DNA of 32,000 bases from Candidatus Nitrospira inopinata (GTDB lineage Bacteria; Nitrospirota; Nitrospiria; Nitrospirales; Nitrospiraceae), in contig NZ_LN885086.1 in the NCBI RefSeq assembly GCF_001458695.1, positions 1,080,001 through 1,112,000 on the forward strand. The letters run 5' to 3'. The position numbers and the translations under genes are program-made. Each line of letters begins with the position of its first letter. Positions within the stretch are counted from its first letter, which is position 1. Below are positions 23,950 to 32,000 of the stretch, one piece after another. The notes beneath the pieces were generated by a model. That model searched no databases. It had not been told where the DNA came from and saw only the letters and a program-made list of their open reading frames with translations.

Positions 23950-24456
23950 ATGGTGCGACCGAAGGTAGCAAAGACCTTGTCTCCTCAGGATGGCGGCTTC
24001 ACGCTGGTCGAAATTGCCATTGTGCTGGCCATTATCGGCATCGCGGCGGCCCTGGCGGGGCCGAATCTCATGACCATGTATGCGCGCTATGAGCTCTATC
24101 AGACGACGACGTCGCTCTACCAGACGCTGATGTTGGCGCGATCGGCGGCTGTAACCCGCAACACGGTCATCACCGCGACCCCGTCGAATCTTCCCAGCGG
24201 TCAGGGGCAGGTGGTGTTCAACGCGGTGATGACGGCGGAGCCGTTTCCGCTGACGGTGGGATTCGTCCCGCCCTTGCCGGCTCAGCCGATCGGCTTTACC
24301 TCCCGCGGCTTGAGCACGACTCCTCTGGCCACGCAGACCGTTCAGCTCCAGAGCCTGCGAGACCCCAATTTGATCTATACGATTTCGCTGGCTCCTTCCG
24401 GCAAGGTGACCTGGTGCAATCAGGCGGTCAATCCCTGCCTGGTCCAGTCCGGTTGA
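23950..24456 (+). CDS. fimU: FimU/FimT (GspH-family) type IV minor pilin, set 2
   Basis: Canonical prepilin site GG|FTLVEIAIVLAIIGIAA; LYQTLMLARSAAVTR (GspH/FimT motif); C-terminal Cys pair WCNQAVNPC. An alternative TTG start at 23977 would give a 7-aa leader, MSPQDGG. Confidence 0.85.
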   Translation: MVRPKVAKTLSPQDGGFTLVEIAIVLAIIGIAAALAGPNLMTMYARYELYQTTTSLYQTLMLARSAAVTRNTVITATPSNLPSGQGQVVFNAVMTAEPFPLTVGFVPPLPAQPIGFTSRGLSTTPLATQTVQLQSLRDPNLIYTISLAPSGKVTWCNQAVNPCLVQSG

Positions 24457-24483
24457 TATGGAACGAATCATGAGGCTCGGCGC

Positions 24484-25011
24484 ATGAGCGTGCGGCGTCA
24501 AGAAGCGGGATTCACCTTGGTCGAAGTCTTGGTTTCGGCCACCGTGCTCAGCCTGGGCGTGCTGGGCATGGCGGCCATGCAGGGAATCTCGTTCACCAAA
24601 AACGTGGACGCCAACGACCTGTCCATTGTGACCAATCTGGCTTCCGATATGGTGGAGCGGATTCAAAACAGCCGGCGCAACGCTTGGGCTTACAACGCCG
24701 TCAGCACGGCGGGAGGGGGCAATTGCCTGACCGGGGCGATCCCCGCCGCGCAACCGGCTCCGCCGTTTCCTGCTGCGCCGCTTTCGGTGGCGGCGGTCAG
24801 GAAGGTGCAAGGCGATTGCGTGCAATGGAGACAACTGGTTCAAGATTCCAATCTCCTCAACGTACAGGGGACCGTGACGGTGACGCCGGTTGCGCCGATC
24901 ACGGCCGATTCCGCCTCGGTGCTCGTCACCGTTCGAGTCCAATGGAACGAACGGGCGCAGGGACAGAGGCTGCGCCAGGTGGCGTTTCAAACTCAGATTG
25001 TGCCGGAGTGA
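24484..25011 (+). CDS. pilV: Type IV pilus minor pilin PilV
   Basis: MSVRRQEAG|FTLVEVLVSATVLSLGVLGMAAMQ is the typical PilV N-terminus. Confidence 0.87.
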   Translation: MSVRRQEAGFTLVEVLVSATVLSLGVLGMAAMQGISFTKNVDANDLSIVTNLASDMVERIQNSRRNAWAYNAVSTAGGGNCLTGAIPAAQPAPPFPAAPLSVAAVRKVQGDCVQWRQLVQDSNLLNVQGTVTVTPVAPITADSASVLVTVRVQWNERAQGQRLRQVAFQTQIVPE

Positions 25012-25019
25012 ACGACGCA

Positions 25020-26321
25020 ATGCGATGCACCGGATTTCGCGAGGGAGCCGTCGATAGCCGATGGGAACAGACCGGTCAGCGTGGCTTCACCTTGACAGAG
25101 GTGATGGTCGCCGCGGCCATGACCACGGCCATTCTGGCCGCGGGGTTCGCCGCCGTCACCATGACGCAGAAAACCACGCGCATGACCAGCCAGGTGGGGC
25201 AAACCCAGGCGACGGTACGGAGCGCCATTGACATGATCGCGGCGGATTTAAAGCTGGCGGGGTTCGGCATGCAGGGTCTGGTGGGAGTCGGTGGCGGACC
25301 TGGAACGGTGGGGGGCTGTCGCATCAACAATACTCCGGTGGCGCTGGTTCCAACGGACAACAATCCGGCCGGGCCGGATACGGGCCCTGATCGGATTTCG
25401 ATCGTCGTCCCCATGACCAATTCCGTGGCGGCGGCCGGACCCTTATGGCAGGTTTCGGTTCCGCCGGCCGGTATGATCGGCGGGCCGAACAGTCCCATTA
25501 CCAATGTTCCCTTGCCCGCCGGGGCGATTGCGGCCATGGAACAGGCGGTGGGAGGGGCGGCGCTGCTTCCGGGCATGAGCGTGTCGATTGCCGGCACCGC
25601 GGGATCGGTGATCCAGAACGCCGGAGGAGGCGGGCTGGTGCTCAATCCGCCTATTCCAGCGCCGGTTCAGTTTGGAACCGGCACGCAAGTCTATGTGTTG
25701 CAGTGCATCACCTATCAGGTCATCCCACCGCCCGACAATCTCAATCTCTGTCAAGGCAACGCGCCCTGTCTGGTTCGGGGGGCCGTGCCGATCGCGTTAG
25801 TTCCCGCAGGCACGGCTCCCAACTGTAACCAAGCCGGCTCGACCTGCGTGCCCATCATGGACGGAGTCGAAGATTTGCAACTGGCCTATGCCTGTGACGG
25901 ATGCAGCCCTCTGGTCAACGGAGGCAACCCCGACGGCCAGATCGACGACCTCAACGGCAGCAATTCCTTCGACCAAGGGGACTTCATCACGAACCGCGAT
26001 TGGTTCGGGACCGGCGCGCCGTTCGGCACGTACATGGCGCCGGATAAGATCCGGCTGGTTCGCGTGACGCTTGTGGCGCGGCAGGCGAGGCCGGACCAGG
26101 GATTTGGGGAAGCGAATCAGGTCGTGACGCACACGGGCTTGAGCAGCGGCGCGATGGGCGGCGGGATCAACGGCGGCATCCTCACGGTGAGCGACCACAA
26201 CCACGCCGACGGATTATTTGTCGCGGGCGACAACGGGACTCCGGCCCAACAACAGGCCTATCTCCAATTGCGACGGCGCATCCTCACCCGGACGGTCGAA
26301 TTAAGAAATCAGAGGTACTAG
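25020..26321 (+). CDS. pilW: Type IV pilus minor pilin PilW
   Basis: ...QRG|FTLTEVMVAAAMTTAILAAGFAAV followed by the PilW-like ...IDMIAADLKLAGFG. The ATG at 25020 is one candidate start. The GTG at 25008 overlaps the pilV stop and is in frame. Confidence 0.84.
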   Translation: MRCTGFREGAVDSRWEQTGQRGFTLTEVMVAAAMTTAILAAGFAAVTMTQKTTRMTSQVGQTQATVRSAIDMIAADLKLAGFGMQGLVGVGGGPGTVGGCRINNTPVALVPTDNNPAGPDTGPDRISIVVPMTNSVAAAGPLWQVSVPPAGMIGGPNSPITNVPLPAGAIAAMEQAVGGAALLPGMSVSIAGTAGSVIQNAGGGGLVLNPPIPAPVQFGTGTQVYVLQCITYQVIPPPDNLNLCQGNAPCLVRGAVPIALVPAGTAPNCNQAGSTCVPIMDGVEDLQLAYACDGCSPLVNGGNPDGQIDDLNGSNSFDQGDFITNRDWFGTGAPFGTYMAPDKIRLVRVTLVARQARPDQGFGEANQVVTHTGLSSGAMGGGINGGILTVSDHNHADGLFVAGDNGTPAQQQAYLQLRRRILTRTVELRNQRY

Positions 26322-26951
26322 ATGGCAAGGGATGAAGAAAGTCGCCTCGGGGGCCGGCGCCTCCTTCCGGAGGATGAACGGGGCATTGCCCTGTTGGCGA
26401 TGATGATCATCCTGCTGCTGGCGGGCGTGCTCGGCGTGGCGGCCTTGACCATGACCGGCATGGAAAATTCCATGGCCGGGGCCGTGCGCATGGTCGAAGA
26501 AGGAACCCATGCGGCCGAATCGTGCATCGGGGCATCGGTCAACGTGATCCAGCAGAGCATCGACGCGGGAACGGTGCCCGCGACGCTTATCGCGCCGAAT
26601 GGCCCGGTGCCGGCCGCCAACGCGGTGTTTCTCGGCGAGGAAATCAACGGTGTGCGAGCCAATGATCCCGATGTGGCCGTCGGCGCCGGCGGCAATCCGA
26701 ACATCGTCATGAACGTCAATAATTACGTGGTCAACGGCGACATCGATTTTCAGTACCGCAAGCAAAAGAGCGGCGGAGTGGCGAGTTTGGCCTCTGGCTA
26801 CGACGGCACGGGGACGGGCGCGGCGTCGGTAAACATGTTCTATCGCATCGACTGTACGGCTCAGAACGCGGCGACGGGAGCCACAAGCCGCGTGATCGCG
26901 GTCTACGACTGTCTGGCGGCTGGCGATGGCTGCACCAGGCGGACGTATTAG
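26322..26951 (+). CDS. pilX: Type IV pilus minor pilin PilX (PilX_N domain)
   Basis: ...DERG|IALLAMMIILLLAGVLGVAALTM has no Glu +5. The ATG directly abuts the pilW stop. Confidence 0.8.
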   Translation: MARDEESRLGGRRLLPEDERGIALLAMMIILLLAGVLGVAALTMTGMENSMAGAVRMVEEGTHAAESCIGASVNVIQQSIDAGTVPATLIAPNGPVPAANAVFLGEEINGVRANDPDVAVGAGGNPNIVMNVNNYVVNGDIDFQYRKQKSGGVASLASGYDGTGTGAASVNMFYRIDCTAQNAATGATSRVIAVYDCLAAGDGCTRRTY

Positions 26952-27010
26952 GGGTAATAAGCTACCTAGGCCGGCCGGGTGGCGTTGTGGGCCGGTGAGG
27001 GAGACCAGAC

Positions 27011-27391
27011 ATGAAAGAACAGAATGTGGGGCAGAAAGGCCGCTTCTTGGCGGAGATGAGACTGGTTGCGGGGCTGCGCATCACGATTTGTTTCGCAACG
27101 ATCAGCCTGAGCGCGTGGTTCTGCTTGCTCGGATCTCCTATGGCGCACGCACAGTCCAGGCCGACGGTGATTGGTGGATTGGCGGAGCAAGGCATGGTGA
27201 CCGGCGTTCGTGAACGCACGGTTGTCATCGACGGACGAGACTACGAATTCGATCAAAAGGTCGAGGTGTTCGACGCCAAGGGCAACCGAGTCGATCTGTC
27301 GGCCATCGTGCGGAACGCGGAGGTGCGGTTTCGGTTGAAGCAAGACGACGTCAACAAAATCGACAGGATCGTGGTCTATTTGCCCCAGTAG
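27011..27391 (+). CDS. Small secreted hypothetical protein between pilX and pilY1
   Basis: GAGGGAG lies 7 nt before the ATG at 27011. The signal peptide ends in ..LLGSPMAHA|QS. The mature part of about 78 aa looks beta-rich (VVIDGRDYEFDQKVEVFDAKGNRVDLSAIVRNAEVRFRL). Confidence 0.6.
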   Translation: MKEQNVGQKGRFLAEMRLVAGLRITICFATISLSAWFCLLGSPMAHAQSRPTVIGGLAEQGMVTGVRERTVVIDGRDYEFDQKVEVFDAKGNRVDLSAIVRNAEVRFRLKQDDVNKIDRIVVYLPQ

Positions 27392-27439
27392 TCTGGGGGC
27401 GACCCTGAAAAGCCTGCAAAACAAAACGGGAGGATGTCC

Positions 27440-30400
27440 ATGAACAGCCGGAACATCGCGTGTCGTGGAGCCGCGGCGCTGACCTTGCTCATCGGTCTCT
27501 TGGGGACTCAGCCGCTCGAAGCCCAGACGATGGATCAATACTACTCCGTTCCTCCCTTCGTTGCCGAGCAAGTTGCTCCGAACATCATCCTCTTGCTGGA
27601 CAACTCCGGCAGTATGGCGGACCGGGCCTGCGATCCCACTTGGTGCGGCGTGTTGGCCGGCGGCGGCACCACGCCGGTCAATCAAAACTTCGTCGCGACC
27701 ACGACGTATGGCGGATTTTTCGACTCCCTCGCCTGCTACGTCTATGACGCAACCAACAGCCGGTTTGAGTATGCAGCCGCCAAGGCATCGGTGAGCGCCA
27801 CCTGCCCGACCAACACGCAATGGGACGGGAATTTGCTCAACTGGGCGACCTTTCTGCGCATCGATGCGCTCAAGAAAGCCATGTCGGGCGGCGATTGCGT
27901 CGTCACTCGCGCGGCGGACGGCACCTGCCCGCCGAGCGGCAGTCCGGCGAAGATTACCATCAAGGCGCAGCAGCGGTTCGATAGCACCACCCGCGGGCAC
28001 GCCGTCATGACGATCCCGAGCGGATCGGGGAACGGCTACCAAAATCGAATTCCCACCGCGGCGACTCCGGGTAACCCCAACCCGATCTATATTCAATATC
28101 GCGGTGGAACGAGCGGCATGGGCGGGAGCTTCTGCATCGACAATGACAACACCGCTCCGGGCAGTACGGCGACAACATGTACGGATGGGGACGGCTTTGC
28201 GGAAAGCCAGTATTGGCTCCGCATCGTTCGGGATACGGAGCCGACCGGCATCATTCAACAGGTCGGGGCCCAGGCTCGATTCGGGCTTTTCGAGTTCAAA
28301 CCTGGTGCGAGCAACGGGTCGGCGGTGGACGGATCCCGCATGTTGGTCGGGGTCGGAGCTCGTCAGACCATCGCGTTCAGTACCTCGACCGTCAGGACCT
28401 TCAGCACGAACATGGCGGCGATGTTGGACGCCGTGGAGGAAACCTATCCATCGACCTGGACTCCGTTGGCCGAATCGCTGTATGACGCGGCTCGGTATGT
28501 GGCCCAGATCAATTCCGCCTACAATACGAGCGCGTACAACTATCCGATCGCCTATTCGCCGGGCGTGGCGTTTCAAGCCACGGGGATCGGGTCGATCGGT
28601 TCCAGTGAGTTGAGTGTGCTGTCGTCGGGCGAGGTCTGCCCCTCCGGGTATATTGCCAATGCCTGCGGCCGGGACCCATTTTTCTTCGGCAGCAACCATT
28701 CACCGGCCTGGGCGACCAACTCCGTCCAGGTGTCGTGCTGCAAGACCTTTGTTCTCCTTGTGACCGATGGTGAGCCGACCCAAGACGTGGGGATCCCGGC
28801 GTCGCTTCAAAATTATGCGGTGACGAACGCGGCCTCATACGTGGGAACCCTCTGCACGGGAAACAGAGGCGTCCCCTACGCCAATCCCCCCGGCGCGACG
28901 TGCAATAACGATCCGGGCACCCCGGCCAATGTGCTGCTGTTGCAGCATCGGACTGATTACGCGAGCAACGGCTCCCACTATTTGGACGATGTCGCCTACT
29001 GGGCCCACACGACCGACCTTCGTCCTTGCAACGGCACGGCGGACGGCACGATCGCCGTGCTGAACGTGAGCGGTCGGTGTTTGCCCGGCCTCCAGAACAT
29101 CAACCTCTACACGTTCTACGCCTTCGGCAACATCAGCGGCCGCGAGCTCCTGATGAAGGCGGCGATGCTCGGTGGGTTTGAGGACGCCAATGGAAACAAT
29201 CTGCCTGACTTGGCGAATGAGTGGGATAAGGTGATCAATGCGACAGGCGCGCCGGGCAGCGACGGGATCCCCGACAACTATTTTGAATCATCCAACGTGG
29301 ATGACCTCCATGAGCGACTCATGGCTACGATCACGTCGATTTTGCGACGGAGCGCCTCCGGTACTTCGATCTCCGTCTTGGCCACGTCTGCCTCCGGGGA
29401 AGGGTCCATTTATCAAGCCTACTTCTTTACGAGCGACATCGGCCAGAACGGAAGCACGGTCAAATGGACCGGCTACACCCATGCCCTGTTCATCGACTCG
29501 TTCGGCAATTTCCGCGAGGATACCAATCAAGACGGGGTATTGGATTACAGTGTCGATCGGATCGTGACGACCAGGTATGACAATGATCCGTCCAGTCCCA
29601 CGTATCGAAGCGTGCTCGTGGACAAGTATGAAGATCTCAATGGAGACGGCTTGGCCGACAGTACGACGCCCGTCGTGCTGGGCGGGAGTTTGAAATCCAT
29701 TATCCCGATCTGGGAGGCGGGCAAAGAACTGGCGCTCACCTCTGCTGCCTCGCGAAAGATTCTGACCTGGGTCGATGTCAACAATAACGGCCTTGTCGAG
29801 CCGAGTGAACAAATGGACTTCAGCACGGCTAACTGTGGGACGTTGCGCGACTATCTGCGCTACGCCGGCGATGCCTGCACGGGCGGCAGCAACGCGATGA
29901 ACCTCATCCGCTTTATCCGCGGAGAAGAAATCAGCGGGCTCCGCACGCGCATGATCGAGGTGCCGGTCGGAAGCGGCTCCTATCACGTCTGGAAGCTCGG
30001 CGATCCGATCCACTCGACGCCGACGATCGTCGGGCCGCCGAAAGAACGATACGACTTAATCTATGGGGATGCGACCTACAACACGTTTTATCAACAGTAT
30101 AGAAATCGTCGCCAAGTGGCCTACGTCGGAGCCAACGACGGCATGCTCCATGCCTTCAACGCCGGTTTCTATCACCGAGGAGACAACCCCGTCACGACGA
30201 ACGTGGTCGAGCGGGGCTGGTTTACCAAAACGCCAACCGATAATTCAGGGGGGCCCAATTTGGGGGCCGAACTCTGGTCCTTCATCCCCTATCAGCTTCT
30301 GCCGCAGCTTCAGTGGCTCGCGAGAGCTGACTATAGCCACGTATATTACGTCGATCTGAAACCCAAGGTGTCGGATGTGCGGATCTTTACGCCCGATGCC

Positions 30401-31870
30401 GATCATCCGGACGGTTGGGGCACGATCCTGATCGGCGGCTTCCGCATGGGAGGCAGTTGCGGCAACTGCACGGCCTCGACCGGGGCGCCGGCGATGACGG
30501 TCAATATCGGCGGCACGAACCGGACGTTTTATAGCGCCTATTTCGTGCTGGACATTACGAATCCGGAAGTTGATCCGAAGCTCCTGTGGGTTTTCACCGA
30601 CAGTGGATTGGGACTCACGACCGCCTATCCGGCCATTACGCGGGTGAACCCAATGAGCGATACGCCGACCAGCAAGACCAACGAAAAGTGGTACGCGATT
30701 TTCGGCTCCGGTCCCAATGGATACCAGGCCGATTTACCTTCCACGCCGAGCCAAACGGCCAAACTCTATGCGATTGATCTGGCCCAAGGTCCCGGAACAA
30801 GTAATAGCAATGTCACGACCATGCCGGTCGGGACCTGGCGCTCGTTCATGGGGCACATCATCTCGGTGGACAAAGACCTCGATTATCGAGGAGACGTCGT
30901 GTACTCAGGGAGAACCATCCACGATGGATCGCTGCCTTGGCGGGGCAAGTTGTACCGGCTGACGACCAAAGGCTGCGCCAGCGCCCCCTGCTCTCCGACG
31001 ACCTGGGGGATTTCAAGCGGAGCCAACAGGGTCCCGACGGAAGTGATCGATACCTTCTCCGATCCTATCTTGGGGACTGTGGAGGTCGGACCCCTGACGG
31101 CTGCGCCGACGGTCACGATCGACGATGCGAACAAACTCTGGGTCTTTTTCGGCACGGGGCGGTATTTCGGCAATTCCGACAAGGTCGATAACAACGTGCA
31201 GCGCCTCTTCGGCATCAAGGATTCCGTGCTCAGCGGAACCTGCACGGAAATCGGCACGACCAGTTGCCTCGACAATGATCTCGTGGACGTGACCAATGCG
31301 ACCGTCTGTTTGGTCTGTAGCGGTGGGACCAACCAAGTCACGGATCCGACGAATCCGACCGTCACCACGTTCCATGGGACCGGGACGACCTCGATGGTGG
31401 GTTTGGTGGACCAGAGAGACGGTTGGCGCGTCACCTTGCCAACCGGCTCCGGCACCAATGCGGCGGAACGGTCGGTGGTCAGTCCTACCTTGATCGGCGG
31501 CACGGTGTTCTTCCCCACGTTCGTGCCCACGAACGACTTCTGCGCTTCGACCGGCGTGAGTTACCTCTATGCCCTTTATTACAAGACCGGCACCGCCGCG
31601 ACGACGCCGGTGGTCGGCACGACGACGGCTGGCGCCAACGTCAACGTCACGACCAAAGTCTCGCTGGGCGTGGGGTTGGCCTCGTCGATGTCCGTCCAGA
31701 TCGGATCGCAAGGGGCCGGTAATCTCGGAACCGGCGGCACGGGCGGAGGCGGGTGCGCCGGCGGCATGACCGGGGCGATTCAAATGAGTACCGGCGCGGC
31801 GACCCAACCCTGCGCGAGCGCGGGGGACTATTTCAGCCGCTACGTCAGTTGGGTCCATCAGCGGGATTGA
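27440..31870 (+). CDS. pilY1: PilY1/PilC-family type IV pilus tip adhesin with N-terminal vWA domain
   Basis: Signal peptide ..LLGTQPLEA|QT. vWA MIDAS NIILLLDNSGSM. PilY1 propeller signatures LGDPIHSTPTIVGPP and AYVGANDGMLHAFNAG. The second ATG (27440) has GGGAGG 6 nt upstream; the first ATG is at 27434. Confidence 0.92.
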   Translation: MNSRNIACRGAAALTLLIGLLGTQPLEAQTMDQYYSVPPFVAEQVAPNIILLLDNSGSMADRACDPTWCGVLAGGGTTPVNQNFVATTTYGGFFDSLACYVYDATNSRFEYAAAKASVSATCPTNTQWDGNLLNWATFLRIDALKKAMSGGDCVVTRAADGTCPPSGSPAKITIKAQQRFDSTTRGHAVMTIPSGSGNGYQNRIPTAATPGNPNPIYIQYRGGTSGMGGSFCIDNDNTAPGSTATTCTDGDGFAESQYWLRIVRDTEPTGIIQQVGAQARFGLFEFKPGASNGSAVDGSRMLVGVGARQTIAFSTSTVRTFSTNMAAMLDAVEETYPSTWTPLAESLYDAARYVAQINSAYNTSAYNYPIAYSPGVAFQATGIGSIGSSELSVLSSGEVCPSGYIANACGRDPFFFGSNHSPAWATNSVQVSCCKTFVLLVTDGEPTQDVGIPASLQNYAVTNAASYVGTLCTGNRGVPYANPPGATCNNDPGTPANVLLLQHRTDYASNGSHYLDDVAYWAHTTDLRPCNGTADGTIAVLNVSGRCLPGLQNINLYTFYAFGNISGRELLMKAAMLGGFEDANGNNLPDLANEWDKVINATGAPGSDGIPDNYFESSNVDDLHERLMATITSILRRSASGTSISVLATSASGEGSIYQAYFFTSDIGQNGSTVKWTGYTHALFIDSFGNFREDTNQDGVLDYSVDRIVTTRYDNDPSSPTYRSVLVDKYEDLNGDGLADSTTPVVLGGSLKSIIPIWEAGKELALTSAASRKILTWVDVNNNGLVEPSEQMDFSTANCGTLRDYLRYAGDACTGGSNAMNLIRFIRGEEISGLRTRMIEVPVGSGSYHVWKLGDPIHSTPTIVGPPKERYDLIYGDATYNTFYQQYRNRRQVAYVGANDGMLHAFNAGFYHRGDNPVTTNVVERGWFTKTPTDNSGGPNLGAELWSFIPYQLLPQLQWLARADYSHVYYVDLKPKVSDVRIFTPDADHPDGWGTILIGGFRMGGSCGNCTASTGAPAMTVNIGGTNRTFYSAYFVLDITNPEVDPKLLWVFTDSGLGLTTAYPAITRVNPMSDTPTSKTNEKWYAIFGSGPNGYQADLPSTPSQTAKLYAIDLAQGPGTSNSNVTTMPVGTWRSFMGHIISVDKDLDYRGDVVYSGRTIHDGSLPWRGKLYRLTTKGCASAPCSPTTWGISSGANRVPTEVIDTFSDPILGTVEVGPLTAAPTVTIDDANKLWVFFGTGRYFGNSDKVDNNVQRLFGIKDSVLSGTCTEIGTTSCLDNDLVDVTNATVCLVCSGGTNQVTDPTNPTVTTFHGTGTTSMVGLVDQRDGWRVTLPTGSGTNAAERSVVSPTLIGGTVFFPTFVPTNDFCASTGVSYLYALYYKTGTAATTPVVGTTTAGANVNVTTKVSLGVGLASSMSVQIGSQGAGNLGTGGTGGGGCAGGMTGAIQMSTGAATQPCASAGDYFSRYVSWVHQRD

Positions 31871-31913
31871 GGGGCGACGTCGTCGTTTGCCCGGCGAGAA
31901 AAGGAAGGGCCTG

Positions 31914-32000
31914 GTGCTTCGCATAGCCGTCATCGTGGCGGTCACCGCGCTCTGGACGATGGTGTCCTGCACGGATCGTCCGTCATCACCTTCTCTCGCC
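31914..32000 (+). CDS. Possible lipoprotein gene, 5' fragment running off the window
   Basis: The GTG at 31914 is preceded by GGAAGGG. Translation is VLRIAVIVAVTALWTMVSCTDRPSSPSLA, with a lipobox-like MVS|C. The frame is open to the window end. Only 29 codons are visible. Confidence 0.3.
   Translation, partial: MLRIAVIVAVTALWTMVSCTDRPSSPSLA

Noticed and set aside
26966-28699. 577-aa ORF antisense to the small secreted gene and the pilY1 5' region
   Set aside because: Same reasoning as above. The composition is Arg/Gly/Ala-rich and low in complexity. It has no RBS and overlaps well-supported plus-strand genes.
1-32000. CRISPR arrays, IS elements, prophage or known defence-system genes
   Set aside because: I noticed no regularly spaced direct repeats, no transposase, integrase or recombinase-like ORFs, and no nuclease, helicase or methylase sets. 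The accessory-looking content is limited to the light-related cluster and the pilus locus.

Overview
This is a GC-rich bacterial chromosomal window with dense coding on both strands. I saw no rRNA genes, CRISPR arrays, transposases or integrases. It divides into three blocks.

(1) 1-10.7 kb holds housekeeping genes (rhodanese, pyrE) and a light-related neighbourhood. A class I photolyase is translationally coupled to a DUF523/DUF1722 (YbgA-like) gene and followed by a CbiX-like chelatase. A TIGR01777 oxidoreductase lies next to it. A MerR/B12-binding regulator carries every CarH/LitR signature motif. It is transcribed divergently, across an AT-rich 125-bp control region, from a four-gene operon of unknown function: a Zn-ribbon protein, two secreted FGE-like proteins that lack the catalytic cysteine pair, and a His-rich lipoprotein.

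(2) 11-17.7 kb is core metabolism and translation: cimA, ihfA, a merR-family gene, tRNA-Pro(GGG), surE, dedA, cysS and rlmB.

(3) 17.6-32 kb is a type IV filament locus. It contains an orphan LuxR-type HTH gene, prepilin peptidase pilD, and a divergent GspH/I/J-like pseudopilin set ending in a 492-aa PilX/GspK/ComZ-like protein. A short GspE/PilB-type ATPase follows. Then comes a canonical fimU-pilV-pilW-pilX set, a small secreted protein, and a 1476-aa vWA-containing PilY1.

The two most interesting candidates are the putative B12/light-controlled periplasmic FGE-like operon and the dual-module pilus locus. All functional calls come from motif recognition by eye. No database searches were run.
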